32,000 bases of DNA from Nitrosococcus halophilus Nc 4 (GTDB taxonomy: Bacteria; Pseudomonadota; Gammaproteobacteria; Nitrosococcales; Nitrosococcaceae), in contig NC_013960.1 of assembly GCF_000024725.1 (NCBI RefSeq), positions 672,261 through 704,260 of the forward strand, written 5' to 3'. The notes below the pieces were generated by a model, which saw nothing but the letters and a program-made list of their open reading frames with translations, searched no databases and was not told where the DNA came from. Numbering within the stretch: the first letter of the stretch is position 1; every line of letters starts with the position of its first letter. The position numbers were made by a program, and so were the translations under genes. Below are positions 13,875-23,698 of the stretch, in pieces.

Positions 13875-13912
13875 CCCCGGCATTCAATTACTTATATAAT
13901 TGAATGCCGGGG
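13875..13912. repeat. Perfect 16-bp inverted repeat (hairpin) downstream of amoD
   Basis: CCCCGGCATTCAATTA (13875-13890) pairs with TAATTGAATGCCGGGG (13897-13912) around a 6-nt loop. It overlaps the 12-bp palindrome GGGGAATTCCCC (13867-13878) and follows the tandem AATTCATA AATTCATA (13851-13866). No U-run follows on either strand. Confidence 0.7.
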
Positions 13913-14092
13913 GAAAACGGGATGCGCTGCTATCTTGTAAGGCAATACCAAACTAAAAGAGTTGAGCGGGCAGTTGATAGCTAATGCTCGCTATGTTGTG
14001 ATGATAGAATTGATCTAATAAAGAAAAATTGCGCTAGCAACCTTTTGGCTCAATAGGCTATCTAATACTAATCAATAGAATAAGGAGCTTAG

Positions 14093-14602
14093 ATGAAACG
14101 GTTTCCCTTGATGTTGTTTATGGCGTTCCTCGCCTTAGTATTGGCGGCTTGTCAATCGGGTGGTCCAGGTGCAGAGGATTTTGGCCTTGCAGGAACCTGG
14201 GAGGCGGAGCTTGGGACCGAGAAGCAGAACAGTGGAACCCTGAAAACTAAAGGACAAGTCACTTTTTCTGGCAATACGTATAAATATTCTTGGCATAAAA
14301 AACTAATCGCTGAAGATGGTTCTGTGGTCTATGATTGGTCGGAGACTTCAAGAGAAACCGGAAGCGTCTCTGTATCGCCTGAGTACATGGAGTGGACGGC
14401 AAATTCCTACGGTACAGCGGAATATAACGAAGGGACACAGAGCTGGAGCGCCGTCGATATGAAGTCGACTACCAATGACTATGCCATCTATTATACCCTT
14501 GAAGGTGATAAACTCACCTTGAAAGAGGACTATAACCTGGATGGCGATTTTGATGATGTGATAGGCATGCCTGAAACGGTTGTCTATACTAAAAAGGAAT
14601 AA
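14093..14602 (+). CDS. Hypothetical lipoprotein
   Basis: 169 aa with AAGGAG 4 nt upstream. The lipobox is LVLAAC after a typical signal peptide, and the mature part is beta-rich. I recognise no family. Confidence 0.7.
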   Translation: MKRFPLMLFMAFLALVLAACQSGGPGAEDFGLAGTWEAELGTEKQNSGTLKTKGQVTFSGNTYKYSWHKKLIAEDGSVVYDWSETSRETGSVSVSPEYMEWTANSYGTAEYNEGTQSWSAVDMKSTTNDYAIYYTLEGDKLTLKEDYNLDGDFDDVIGMPETVVYTKKE

Positions 14603-14616
14603 ATCCTGTAGGACTT

Positions 14617-14648
14617 AGGCATACCTGCCTGAGTGGGCGGGTATGCCT
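14617..14648 (+). terminator. Hairpin after the lipoprotein gene
   Basis: AGGCATACC (14617-14625) pairs with GGTATGCCT (14640-14648) around a 14-nt loop. There is no U-run (GGCTTTAAG follows). Confidence 0.3.
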
Positions 14649-14690
14649 GGCTTTAAGCTAGGGCTTATTCTTTTCTTTGAGGTATTTTCT

Positions 14691-15122
14691 ATGAGCGGCA
14701 AACAAACCCATCTAGAGCAGCATCGTCCAGGGACGATTTTCATATCTTTTTTTCTTGCCATTGCCTCCGGTACCGCTTTAGTGAGCTACCTTTCCACGGT
14801 TACTGGAGTTAGAAATCTCCCCATTGAGCAGCAAACTATGCTTGAGACTCTGACATGGTCAGAGATCGGGGTGACTTTGTTTATTAATATCGCAGTTTTG
14901 GCTGCAGCCTTCTTCCTCTACTTGCACCGCCGGCTAGCGCTTTATTTTTTTCTTGGTGCTATTGGGGCCAGTCTGGGGAAATTTGGATTAGCGGCCTTCA
15001 ATAAAGGATCCTTAACTGCAATTTTCTCATCAGAATTAGGCGGGGGAGCATTGATCCTGGGTGTTTTGGTGGGTGCCTGCGCCTACACTTGGCGGCTGGG
15101 TCGCTCAGGGTTTCTGGATTAG
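14691..15122 (+). CDS. Hypothetical small integral membrane protein (3-4 predicted helices)
   Basis: The track ORF starts at ATG 14643, which lies inside the hairpin above. ATG 14691 has GAGG about 9 nt upstream and is preferred. Hydrophobic segments are IFISFFLAIASGTALVSYL, IGVTLFINIAVLAAAFFLYL, LYFFLGAIGASLGKFGLAAF and GGGALILGVLVGACAY. Confidence 0.55.
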   Translation: MSGKQTHLEQHRPGTIFISFFLAIASGTALVSYLSTVTGVRNLPIEQQTMLETLTWSEIGVTLFINIAVLAAAFFLYLHRRLALYFFLGAIGASLGKFGLAAFNKGSLTAIFSSELGGGALILGVLVGACAYTWRLGRSGFLD

Positions 15123-15189
15123 GGAAATTACCCCATGAGCGCCCAGAGAAAGGAGTAAAATGACCATTTGATCTGAATCCCCTGTAGTT

Positions 15190-16008
15190 TTAGGAGGATA
15201 ATCTCTCTGAGTGTCGGAATAGTTCTGCAAGCTTTTCGCCGGGCTCTTCTGCTTTCATAAAGGTTTCGCCAACAAGGAAGCCATAGACCCCGGCTTCTTT
15301 CATCCTCATTACATCCGCGGTGCTATGAATACCGCTTTCAGTAACTACTAGGCGATCGGGTGGTATCTGGGGAAGTAGGTCAAGGGTAGTCTCTAACTTT
15401 GTCTCAAAGTTCTTTAAATTTCGGTTATTAATACCGATAAGTGGCGTATTTAGGGCTAAAGCCCGCTCAAGCTCTTCGGCACTGTGTACTTCTACAAGGG
15501 TGTCCATATCCAGGTGTTCAGCGAGTTGCGTGAGTTCTAGCATCAGGGCGTCGCCTAGGGCTGCTGCAATCAGTAGAATACAGTCGGCACCCATCACCCG
15601 AGCCTCATAGACCTGGTAGGGATCAATAATAAAATCCTTTCTTAACACGGGTAATCCACAAGCACTTCGAGCCAGGCGGAGATTTGCTTCGCTACCCTGA
15701 AAAAAATTGCGATCTGTGAGTACTGACAGGCAAGTCGCCCCCCCTTGTTCGTAGCTACGGGCAATTGCTGCCGGATCAAAGACCTCCCGAAGGAGCCCTT
15801 TGCTGGGAGAGGCCTTTTTGATTTCAGCAATAACGGCAAACTGTTGGGCCCTTATCTTTTGGGTGATGGCATTAACAAAGCTGCGTACTGGAGGCGCTGC
15901 CTCCACTTGTCGGCTGAGCTCCCGGATTGAAAGTTGTTGCGCCCGTTCGGTAATCTCCTCGGCTTTCCGTTGTAAGATTTTTCGCAAGATATCGGGGGCC
16001 TCATTCAT
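15190..16008 (-). CDS. trpC: Indole-3-glycerol phosphate synthase
   Basis: 272 aa with blocks [33 protein letters not shown] and IGINNRNL. It is the last gene of the trpEGDC order. Confidence 0.93.
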   Translation of the reverse strand: MNEAPDILRKILQRKAEEITERAQQLSIRELSRQVEAAPPVRSFVNAITQKIRAQQFAVIAEIKKASPSKGLLREVFDPAAIARSYEQGGATCLSVLTDRNFFQGSEANLRLARSACGLPVLRKDFIIDPYQVYEARVMGADCILLIAAALGDALMLELTQLAEHLDMDTLVEVHSAEELERALALNTPLIGINNRNLKNFETKLETTLDLLPQIPPDRLVVTESGIHSTADVMRMKEAGVYGFLVGETFMKAEEPGEKLAELFRHSERLSS

Positions 16009-16044
16009 TTTTCAAGTATCTCCCTCTTTTCGAGCTCGTCTTTA

Positions 16045-17067
16045 TTATTTGTTAAAAGCCTGGGTAAATGCGATTAGGGTGGTCAATTTCTCTTGGGCTT
16101 TGCCTTCGGAAAGAACCTGTAATGCTCTGTTTACCCCCTCTTCCAGGGTGGGGGTGAGATCCGCTGCATAGATGGCGGCCCCCGCATTCAAAGCTACAAT
16201 ATCACGGGCTGGGCCGGGTTGATTGGCTAAAACCGAGCGTAAAACATCAAGGCTTTCTTGAGCGCTGTTAACTACTAGACGATCGATGGCAACCCGTTCA
16301 AAACCAAACTGCTCGGGGGTGACTCTATAGCTGGTGACGGTCCCTTGCTTCAATTCAGCGATCCGGGTGGCGGCTCCAATACTGATTTCGTCCAAGCCAT
16401 CTTCAGCGTGTACGATGAGCACATGCTGGCTGCCTAAACGATGTAAGACCCAGGCTAGAGGCTCAAGCCATTCCCCGCTAAAGACCCCCACTACTTGATT
16501 GGGGAGATCGGCAGGGTTAGTGAGGGGACCCAAAAGGTTAAAAAGGGTGCGGATCCCCATTTCTCGCCGTGGGGCTATGGTGTATTTCATGGCGCCGTGG
16601 TGGCGAGGGGCGAACAGGAAGCCAACGCCTAGTTCTTCAATGCAGTGGGTGACCTGTGTTGGCGTAAGCTCCAGTTTTATTCCAGCAGCTTCGAGGATAT
16701 CTGCACTGCCGCATTGGCTGGAGACGGAACGGTTACCATGCTTGGCTACTTTCCCCCCTGCTGCGGCAACTACAAAAGCGCTGGCGGTTGAAATATTAAA
16801 AGTATTGGCGCCGTCTCCTCCTGTACCGCAGGTATCCACAAGGTGGGCTCCTGTTACTGTCACCTTAGTGGCCAGTTTGCGCATCACTTTGGCGGCGGCG
16901 GCAATTTCTTCCACCGTTTCTCCTTTCATCCGAAGCCCAATGAGTAGGCCGCCAATCTGGGCTGGGGTTGCCTGACCCGTCATGATCAGGTTCATGACCG
17001 ATGTCATCTCTTCACTGGTGAGATTGCGCCCTGTGGTGATAGTACGAAGGGCTGTCTGAATATCCAT
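16045..17067 (-). CDS. trpD: Anthranilate phosphoribosyltransferase
   Basis: 340 aa with blocks [31 protein letters not shown] and [11 protein letters not shown]. Confidence 0.95.
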   Translation of the reverse strand: MDIQTALRTITTGRNLTSEEMTSVMNLIMTGQATPAQIGGLLIGLRMKGETVEEIAAAAKVMRKLATKVTVTGAHLVDTCGTGGDGANTFNISTASAFVVAAAGGKVAKHGNRSVSSQCGSADILEAAGIKLELTPTQVTHCIEELGVGFLFAPRHHGAMKYTIAPRREMGIRTLFNLLGPLTNPADLPNQVVGVFSGEWLEPLAWVLHRLGSQHVLIVHAEDGLDEISIGAATRIAELKQGTVTSYRVTPEQFGFERVAIDRLVVNSAQESLDVLRSVLANQPGPARDIVALNAGAAIYAADLTPTLEEGVNRALQVLSEGKAQEKLTTLIAFTQAFNK

Positions 17068-17125
17068 AGGGTATTTCTTTTAAACTCTGAGAGTGGAGAG
17101 CCGTTTTTTAGACTCTTTGGGAAAT

Positions 17126-17713
17126 TCAGGTATGTTTGAGAAAGTTGAGAAGCAAATCATGTCCCTGTTGGGTAAGAATTGATTCGGGATGGAATTGCAC
17201 CCCTTGGATGGCAAGCTCCCGATGATGAATTCCCATGATTTCGTCTAGTTCTCCCGTGTCGGTTTCGGTCCAGGCAGTGATTTCCAAGCAGGGAGGGAGG
17301 CTGGCTTGGTCGATGACTAGGGAATGATAGCGGGTAGCCTCAAAGGGATTATCCAGACCCTGAAACACCCCTTTATGGCTGTGATGCACCATCGAGGTTT
17401 TACCATGCATAATGGTTTTGGCATGCACTATCTGGCCGCCAAAGGCTTGGCCGATACACTGATGACCAAGGCATACCCCTAATATAGGGATCTTACCAGC
17501 AAAGTGGCGGATAATTTCAAGGGAAATACCCGCTTCGTTAGGGGTGCAAGGGCCCGGAGAGATCACGAGACGTTTTGGATGCAATCGCTTTATGTCCGCG
17601 ATATTGATTTTATCATTGCGAAAAACGCAGATTTCTTCACCCAATTCGCCTAAATATTGGACTAAATTGTAGGTAAATGAATCATAATTGTCGAGCATGA
17701 ATAGCATACTCAT
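17126..17713 (-). CDS. trpG: Anthranilate synthase component II (glutamine amidotransferase)
   Basis: 195 aa with blocks [11 protein letters not shown], the catalytic Cys in GVCLGHQ, and GVQFHPES. Confidence 0.93.
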   Translation of the reverse strand: MSMLFMLDNYDSFTYNLVQYLGELGEEICVFRNDKINIADIKRLHPKRLVISPGPCTPNEAGISLEIIRHFAGKIPILGVCLGHQCIGQAFGGQIVHAKTIMHGKTSMVHHSHKGVFQGLDNPFEATRYHSLVIDQASLPPCLEITAWTETDTGELDEIMGIHHRELAIQGVQFHPESILTQQGHDLLLNFLKHT

Positions 17714-17716
17714 CTC

Positions 17717-19195
17717 CTAGCGGAAAGAACCATTGAGACCGGCTTCAGCCAAAGCCACCGCCCGAAAGATGGCTCGGCCTTTGTTCATGGTTTCATTCCA
17801 CTCACTCTGGGGCACCGAGTCATAGACAATTCCCGCGCCTGCTTGAATATGGAGGGTTTGATCTTTAATCACCGCGGTGCGAATGGCGATGGCGGTATCC
17901 ATATTGCCCGACCAAGCTAAGTACCCCACTGCACCTGCATAGATCCCACGCTTAGTAGGTTCTAATTCGTCGATGATCTCCATGGCCCGAACTTTGGGAG
18001 CGCCAGAGACCGTACCGGCGGGAAAGGTCGCCCGTAAAACATCCATGGCCGAGAGCCCCGGTTTGAGCTGTCCCGTCACATTGGAGACGATGTGCATCAC
18101 ATGGGAGTAGCGTTCGATGAGCATTTTTTCGGTCACGTTAACACTGCCGATTGTGGCTACCCGGCCGACGTCATTTCGGCCTAGATCAATGAGCATCCAG
18201 TGTTCTGCAAGCTCCTTGGGATCTGCCAATAACTCTTTCTCCAGTGCGCGATCTTCTTCTTCCGTTGCGCCCCGGTGCCGGGTTCCGGCGATGGGACGTA
18301 CCGTCACCACACCCTCCTCTAGGCGCACCAGGATCTCCGGGGAGGATCCCACTACATGGAAATCATTGAGATCCAAATAAAACATGTAGGGGGATGGATT
18401 AAGGCAACGGAGTGCCCGATAGAGGTTGAGGGGGGAGGCGGTAAAGGGCACTGAGAGCCGCTGCGATAACACCACTTGCATCACATCACCGTCGGTAATG
18501 TATTGGCGCGCCTTGCTGACTGCTGCCTTAAAGCCTTCCTCGGTAAACCCAGAGATAAAATCATCTTCTATCACCACCCGGGGAGGCTCAATGGTGTGAG
18601 GGGTGGGTATGCCTGCCCGAAGACGCTCCTCGAGGGCGTCTAGGCGGCGTTGTCCTTCTTCATAACCTTCCGGGCCGACATGAATAATGAGGTAGAGTTT
18701 ACCGCTGAGATTGTCAAAGATAACAATTTCTTCGGAGACAAGTAACAGGATATCCGGTGTTCCCAAGAAATCGGATTTATTCCCATGGGCAAGCTTGGGT
18801 TCAATATAGCGGATAGTATCGTAGCCAAAGTACCCCACCAATCCACCCGTAAAACGGGGCAAAGTATCCATTGCCGGAACTTTAAAACGCTGTTTAAAGG
18901 TTTCTACCCAAGCTAGAGGATCATCCGTATGGTGCGTTTCTTCAACCCGGTGGTTGGTTTCCACCACCACCTCCTGATTTCGCACCTTGACCACAGTGCG
19001 GCAAGGTAGGCCGATAAACGAATATCGGCCCCATTTTTCGCCGCCATGGACCGATTCAAATAAATAGGAATAAGGGCCATTGGCTAGCTTAAGGTAAGTG
19101 CTGAGAGGCGTGTCCAAGTCGGCCAAAACCTCTCGCACAAGCGGAATATGATTATAGCCTTGGGCGGTAAGCTGTTTAAATTGTTCAAGTTCCAT
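17717..19195 (-). CDS. trpE: Anthranilate synthase component I
   Basis: 492 aa with blocks [23 protein letters not shown], the chorismate-binding signature [17 protein letters not shown] and [10 protein letters not shown]. Confidence 0.95.
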   Translation of the reverse strand: MELEQFKQLTAQGYNHIPLVREVLADLDTPLSTYLKLANGPYSYLFESVHGGEKWGRYSFIGLPCRTVVKVRNQEVVVETNHRVEETHHTDDPLAWVETFKQRFKVPAMDTLPRFTGGLVGYFGYDTIRYIEPKLAHGNKSDFLGTPDILLLVSEEIVIFDNLSGKLYLIIHVGPEGYEEGQRRLDALEERLRAGIPTPHTIEPPRVVIEDDFISGFTEEGFKAAVSKARQYITDGDVMQVVLSQRLSVPFTASPLNLYRALRCLNPSPYMFYLDLNDFHVVGSSPEILVRLEEGVVTVRPIAGTRHRGATEEEDRALEKELLADPKELAEHWMLIDLGRNDVGRVATIGSVNVTEKMLIERYSHVMHIVSNVTGQLKPGLSAMDVLRATFPAGTVSGAPKVRAMEIIDELEPTKRGIYAGAVGYLAWSGNMDTAIAIRTAVIKDQTLHIQAGAGIVYDSVPQSEWNETMNKGRAIFRAVALAEAGLNGSFR

Positions 19196-19242
19196 GGTCT
19201 ACTTCCAGAGTTAAAGAGATGGCTAGGCGGGTTTAGTGGGAG

Positions 19243-19299
19243 TTAACGCCACCATCGTCTTGTTTTCCGCCATAAATCACTGGTCTGGAAGTGAGTCAT
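19243..19299 (-). CDS. trpL: Candidate trp leader peptide, 18 aa (MTHFQTSDLWRKTRRWWR)
   Basis: Minus-strand ORF ATG ACT CAC TTC CAG ACC AGT GAT TTA TGG CGG AAA ACA AGA CGA TGG TGG CGT TAA. It has 3 Trp codons in 18, with a tandem TGG TGG two codons before the stop. It lies in the 114-nt gph-trpE spacer, 47 nt upstream of the trpE ATG. It is too short for the supplied track, and the SD is weak. Confidence 0.6.
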   Translation of the reverse strand: MTHFQTSDLWRKTRRWWR

Positions 19300-19309
19300 A
19301 AAGTGTTCT

Positions 19310-19987
19310 CTAGGCCGCCTCGCTTAATAGGCCTTTAATTTCAATTAAGGAATCGATGACACCATCCGGATGGCTGTCAGCGATGTCTATGCCATGATTA
19401 TAACCATAGCTTAGGCAGATGATCTGGAAACCGGCTGCCCTCGCTGCTTTCACATCGCTAATAGAGTCCCCAACCATGAGCGCCTTCTCGGGGGCGATGC
19501 CGAAAAAACTAGCGGCATGGAGTAGCGGTGCAGGATGGGGTTTTTTCTCCGGCAAGGTGTCGCCACTTATAATTATCTCAAAATAGTCAATTATTCCTAG
19601 ATCCCTAAGCAGAGGATAGGTGAATTGGGCTGCCTTATTGGTGACGCTGCCTAGGCGATACCCTCGGGACTTGAGCCAGGCTAGCCCCTCGTTTACCCCC
19701 GGATATAAGCGGCTGCGTTTGCTGGTGTTTTCCTTGTAGAGGGCTAAAAAAATAGGTTCGGCCTTTTGGTATAAAGCCTCTTCCGGCTCCCCCTCCAAGC
19801 TATCAAGCAGGGCCCGTTTAATCAGCCGTTCTACGCCGTTCCCTACCCACTGCCGAACTTTGGTTTCACCCCGCGCTGGCAGGCCTAGCTGCTCCATCAT
19901 GGCATCGGTGCAGAAGGCAAGATCAGGCACACTGTCTACCAAAGTACCATCCACATCCATGAGCACCATCTTTGGTTTTCTGAGCAT
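19310..19987 (-). CDS. gph: Phosphoglycolate phosphatase (HAD family)
   Basis: 225 aa with blocks LMDVDGTLVDS, SVTNK and MVGDSISDVKAARAAG. Its position between rpe and trpE matches many gammaproteobacteria. Confidence 0.85.
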   Translation of the reverse strand: MLRKPKMVLMDVDGTLVDSVPDLAFCTDAMMEQLGLPARGETKVRQWVGNGVERLIKRALLDSLEGEPEEALYQKAEPIFLALYKENTSKRSRLYPGVNEGLAWLKSRGYRLGSVTNKAAQFTYPLLRDLGIIDYFEIIISGDTLPEKKPHPAPLLHAASFFGIAPEKALMVGDSISDVKAARAAGFQIICLSYGYNHGIDIADSHPDGVIDSLIEIKGLLSEAA

Positions 19988-20038
19988 TCTGTATATCTAT
20001 CGTTTTGCTTTATTGATTGGACGTAAGGCTTAATTATA

Positions 20039-20060
20039 CTGCGCCATATTGATGGCGCAG
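20039..20060. other. 9-bp hairpin between rpe and gph
   Basis: CTGCGCCAT (20039-20047) pairs with ATGGCGCAG (20052-20060) around a 4-nt loop. The T-run (CCCTTTTT) lies on the + strand side, opposite to the direction of the flanking genes. On the - strand it is followed by TATAATTAAG. Confidence 0.35.
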
Positions 20061-20066
20061 CCCTTT

Positions 20067-20744
20067 TTACCGTGCCTTGGCGAGTTCGGCGCGCATTTCG
20101 CCAATGGTGGCTTTGTAATTTTCGCTTTGGAAGATGGCAGAACCCGCCACAAAAGTATCTGCCCCCGCTGCTGCGATTTGTCGAATATTGTCGACCTTAA
20201 CGCCGCCATCGATTTCAAGCCGAATCGGATGGCTGCTAGCGTCAATTATCCGACGAACTTCCTGTAACTTATCGAGTGCCGAGGGAATGAATTTCTGGCC
20301 GCCGAAACCGGGATTAACCGACATGATAAGCACCATGTCCACTTTGTCCAGGACATATTGAAGATAATCGAGGGAGGTGGCTGGATTGAATACTAAGCCA
20401 GCTTTACAGCCTTCGTCGTGGATAAGCTGTAGGGTCCGGTCGATATGTTCGGAGGCTTCCGGATGAAAAGTGATATAATTGGCGCCCGCCTTGGCAAAAT
20501 CAGGCACGATTCGATCAACGGGTTTCACCATCAGGTGAACGTCGATATCGGCGGTGATGCCATGTTTGCGCAGTGCTTCGCAGATGAGAGGGCCGATTGT
20601 CAGGTTGGGAACATAATGGTTATCCATCACATCGAAGTGCACCATGTCAGCACCCGCGTCCAATACGGCAGTAACTTCTTCCCCCAGACGAGCAAAATCC
20701 GCCGATAGGATAGAAGGGGCAATTTTATAATCGGCCATGATCAT
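20067..20744 (-). CDS. rpe: Ribulose-phosphate 3-epimerase
   Basis: 225 aa with blocks [42 protein letters not shown] and VAGSAIF. Confidence 0.95.
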   Translation of the reverse strand: MIMADYKIAPSILSADFARLGEEVTAVLDAGADMVHFDVMDNHYVPNLTIGPLICEALRKHGITADIDVHLMVKPVDRIVPDFAKAGANYITFHPEASEHIDRTLQLIHDEGCKAGLVFNPATSLDYLQYVLDKVDMVLIMSVNPGFGGQKFIPSALDKLQEVRRIIDASSHPIRLEIDGGVKVDNIRQIAAAGADTFVAGSAIFQSENYKATIGEMRAELAKAR

Positions 20745-20881
20745 TACCTCTTAAACTTTTAGCTATTCCGATCAAAATGGTTTTCAGTTGGGTAAAGCTG
20801 TGCACTTTACCCCATTATTAGTTATTTTTCAGCTTGCTTTTTGATATGGGGAGCCTCCTAGTCAATACTTTACTAAATTAC

Positions 20882-20915
20882 TTGGTTTTGAACTTAATTG
20901 GGACTATAATAGTCC
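20882..20915 (+). promoter_or_regulatory. suf promoter TTGGTT-17 nt-TATAAT with an overlapping 7-1-7 palindrome GGACTAT-A-ATAGTCC
   Basis: TTGGTT lies at 20882-20887 and TATAAT at 20905-20910. The perfect inverted repeat at 20901-20915 covers the -10 element. The GGAGG RBS and ATG 20937 follow. Confidence 0.45.
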
Positions 20916-20936
20916 TAAATTGGAACGGAGGCTCCC

Positions 20937-21428
20937 ATGCTCCGCATGAGTAAAATGACCGATTACGGTATCGTGCTAATGACTCGTTTGGCGGCGGATC
21001 CTAAGGGTCAACATGCCGCAGCCGATTTATCCGCCCAGGTGGAAATGCCCTTACCGACGGTTAGTAAAATCCTTAAACAATTGGCCCGAGCCCAGTTGTT
21101 GGTATCGTCGCGGGGGGCCCAGGGTGGTTATAGTTTAGCAAGACCGCCAGAGACAATTTCAGTAGCAGAAATTATTACCACCCTAGAGGGACCTATCGGT
21201 TTAACTGAGTGCATTAGTACCCCAGGGGAATGTGGGCAAGAGTCCCATTGTTCCACCCGTGTCCACTGGGAGCGGATTAATCAAGCGGTTTATGGGGCCT
21301 TGAATGAAATTAAATTGTCCGACATGGTTCAGCCGATGGGGGTGCATCCCATCCAGTTTCACCAACTGACGAGGCGTTCGGTGCGTACAGATAATACGAC
21401 GAGAGATAACCGCGGGAGCAGGCTATGA
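20937..21428 (+). CDS. Rrf2-family transcriptional regulator (IscR/SufR-like, probable Fe-S sensor)
   Basis: 163 aa with an Rrf2 wHTH N-terminus ([16 protein letters not shown]...[28 protein letters not shown]). The Cys cluster is C-x6-C-x5-C ([14 protein letters not shown]). The stop overlaps the sufB start (ATGA). Confidence 0.85.
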   Translation: MLRMSKMTDYGIVLMTRLAADPKGQHAAADLSAQVEMPLPTVSKILKQLARAQLLVSSRGAQGGYSLARPPETISVAEIITTLEGPIGLTECISTPGECGQESHCSTRVHWERINQAVYGALNEIKLSDMVQPMGVHPIQFHQLTRRSVRTDNTTRDNRGSRL

Positions 21429-22873
21429 GTAAATCACCCCTTAAGGTTGAAAATCTTGTTCATCAGGAATATCGGGCTGGCTTTATCACCGATATCGAAG
21501 CGGACGCTATTCCCCCCGGCCTCAATGAGGATGTTATCCGCCTCATCTCTAGCAAGAAAAATGAGCCGGAATTCATGCTGGAGTGGCGCCTTAAGGCCTA
21601 TCGCCATTGGCTAGAGATGAAAGAGCCGAAATGGGCTCATGTACACTATCCACCCGTGGATTATCAATCCATTGTTTATTATTCCGCGCCCAAATCAAAG
21701 AAAGATGGCCCTAAGAGCTTAGATGAAGTTGATCCAAAGCTATTGGAAACCTATGAGAAACTAGGCGTTCCCCTCCATGAGCGGGCCCGGCTCGCGGGGG
21801 TAGCTGTGGATGCGGTATTCGATAGCGTCTCCGTAGCGACCACCTTCAAGGAAAAGCTGGCTGAAGCAGGAGTCATTTTTTGTTCTTTCTCCGAAGCGGT
21901 GCAGAAATATCCTGAGTTGGTGGAGAAATATCTCGGTACAGTGGTGCCCTACCGGGATAACTTTTATGCCGCTTTAAATTCAGCCGTCTTTAGCGATGGT
22001 TCCTTTGTCTATGTGCCCAAGGGTGTTCGTTGCCCCTTAGAATTGTCCACCTACTTCCGTATCAATGCCGCCCAAACCGGCCAGTTTGAGCGCACGCTGA
22101 TCGTTGCCGACGAAGGGGCCCATGTCAGTTATTTAGAAGGCTGTACTGCGCCGATGCGGGATGAGAACCAACTCCATGCTGCGGTGGTGGAGCTCGTTGC
22201 CTTGGACAATGCCGAGATCAAGTACTCCACAGTGCAAAATTGGTATCCCGGCGATGAGGAGGGCCGTGGCGGAATCTATAATTTCGTGACTAAACGAGGT
22301 GCTTGTCGGGGGGCCAACTCCAAGATCTCCTGGACCCAGGTGGAGACCGGTTCGGCCATTACCTGGAAGTATCCTAGCGTTATCTTGCAAGGGGATCACT
22401 CAGTGGGTGAATTCTACTCAGTGGCACTCACTAACAATTTCCAGCAAGCGGATACGGGGACCAAGATGATCCATATGGGGCGCAATACCCGCAGCACCAT
22501 CATTTCTAAAGGGATTTCTGCTGGGCGAGGACAAAATGCCTACCGGGGGTTGGTGCGGATGATGCCCACTGCCGTTGGCGCCCGGAACTATACCCAGTGT
22601 GATTCCCTGCTCCTAGGGGATCGATGCGGCGCCCATACCTTTCCCTACATTGAGGTTAAACACCCTTCGGCACAGGTGGAACATGAGGCATCGACCTCCA
22701 AGATCAGCGAAGATCAACTGTTCTATTGTAAACAGCGGGGAATCTCCGCGGAAGATGCTGTCTCTATGATCGTCAATGGTTTTTGTAAGGAAGTCTTTAA
22801 GGAATTGCCCATGGAGTTCGCAGTAGAAGCCCAAAACCTACTGGGCGTGAGCTTGGAAGGGGCGGTCGGCTAA
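21425..22873 (+). CDS. sufB: Fe-S cluster assembly scaffold SufB
   Basis: 482 aa. SufB blocks run from [17 protein letters not shown] through [21 protein letters not shown]. Confidence 0.95.
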   Translation: MSKSPLKVENLVHQEYRAGFITDIEADAIPPGLNEDVIRLISSKKNEPEFMLEWRLKAYRHWLEMKEPKWAHVHYPPVDYQSIVYYSAPKSKKDGPKSLDEVDPKLLETYEKLGVPLHERARLAGVAVDAVFDSVSVATTFKEKLAEAGVIFCSFSEAVQKYPELVEKYLGTVVPYRDNFYAALNSAVFSDGSFVYVPKGVRCPLELSTYFRINAAQTGQFERTLIVADEGAHVSYLEGCTAPMRDENQLHAAVVELVALDNAEIKYSTVQNWYPGDEEGRGGIYNFVTKRGACRGANSKISWTQVETGSAITWKYPSVILQGDHSVGEFYSVALTNNFQQADTGTKMIHMGRNTRSTIISKGISAGRGQNAYRGLVRMMPTAVGARNYTQCDSLLLGDRCGAHTFPYIEVKHPSAQVEHEASTSKISEDQLFYCKQRGISAEDAVSMIVNGFCKEVFKELPMEFAVEAQNLLGVSLEGAVG

Positions 22874-22924
22874 CCCTTACCCGTAATTTGATGGCATCGA
22901 CAACAAAGTGATAGAGGTTTTTAA

Positions 22925-23698
22925 ATGTTAACCATCAAGAACCTGCATGCCAGCGTGGATGGTAAACCCATCCTCCGGGGTATTGATTTAAATGTAAAAC
23001 CCGGTGAGGTGCATGCCATTATGGGGCCGAATGGCTCGGGGAAGAGCACCCTGGCCAGTGTTTTGGCAGGGCGGGAGGATTACGAGGCCACGGCAGGGGA
23101 GATCCTTTATCAGGGTCAGAATTTATTGGATTTGGCACCTGAAGAGCGCGCTCGCGCAGGAATCTTCCTGGCCTTCCAGTATCCCGTGGAGATCCCTGGT
23201 GTAAGCAACGTTTATCTGTTGAAGGCGGCTTTAAATTCCGTGCGCAAGCATCGCGGACTAGATGAGCTGGATGCCATGGACTTTTTGGCTCTGGTGCGGG
23301 AAAAAATGAAGTTGGTCAAGATGGATGAAAGTTTCCTGCAGCGAGCAGTCAATGAAGGCTTCTCGGGGGGGGAAAAGAAGCGTAACGAAATTTTACAGAT
23401 GGCTATTTTGGAGCCCACATTGGCCATTTTGGACGAGACCGACTCAGGGTTGGATATTGATGCCCTCAGGATCGTCGCCGATGGAGTCAATGCTCTGCGG
23501 AGTCCGGAGAGGGGACTTATCCTGGTGACCCATTATCAACGTCTCCTCAATTATATTGTGCCGGATTATGTCCATGTGCTTTCCCAGGGGCGCATTGTGA
23601 AATCCGGGGATAAGAAACTTGCGCTGGAGTTGGAGGAGAAAGGATACGGTTGGCTTGAACAAGATAAAAACCCAGTGGCAGGAGCAGCCTCCTTATGA
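22925..23698 (+). CDS. sufC: Fe-S cluster assembly ATPase SufC
   Basis: 257 aa with Walker [13 protein letters not shown] signature FSGGEKKR and Walker [13 protein letters not shown]. Confidence 0.95.
   Translation: MLTIKNLHASVDGKPILRGIDLNVKPGEVHAIMGPNGSGKSTLASVLAGREDYEATAGEILYQGQNLLDLAPEERARAGIFLAFQYPVEIPGVSNVYLLKAALNSVRKHRGLDELDAMDFLALVREKMKLVKMDESFLQRAVNEGFSGGEKKRNEILQMAILEPTLAILDETDSGLDIDALRIVADGVNALRSPERGLILVTHYQRLLNYIVPDYVHVLSQGRIVKSGDKKLALELEEKGYGWLEQDKNPVAGAASL

Noticed and set aside
13904-13984. A 26-codon ORF (MPGENGMRCYLVRQYQTKRVERAVDS) starting inside the 16-bp hairpin.
   Set aside because: It has no RBS, its start codon is sequestered in the perfect stem, and it has no recognisable features.
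14643-14690. ATG 14643 as the start of the small membrane protein.
   Set aside because: This ATG sits inside the 3' arm of the hairpin at 14617-14648 and has no SD. ATG 14691 has GAGG upstream. I keep it only as an alternative.
19222-19272. An alternative 16-codon ORF in the trp leader region (MAENKTMVALTPTKPA).
   Set aside because: It contains no Trp codons and overlaps the Trp-rich frame. The MTHFQTSDLWRKTRRWWR frame fits the attenuation logic better.
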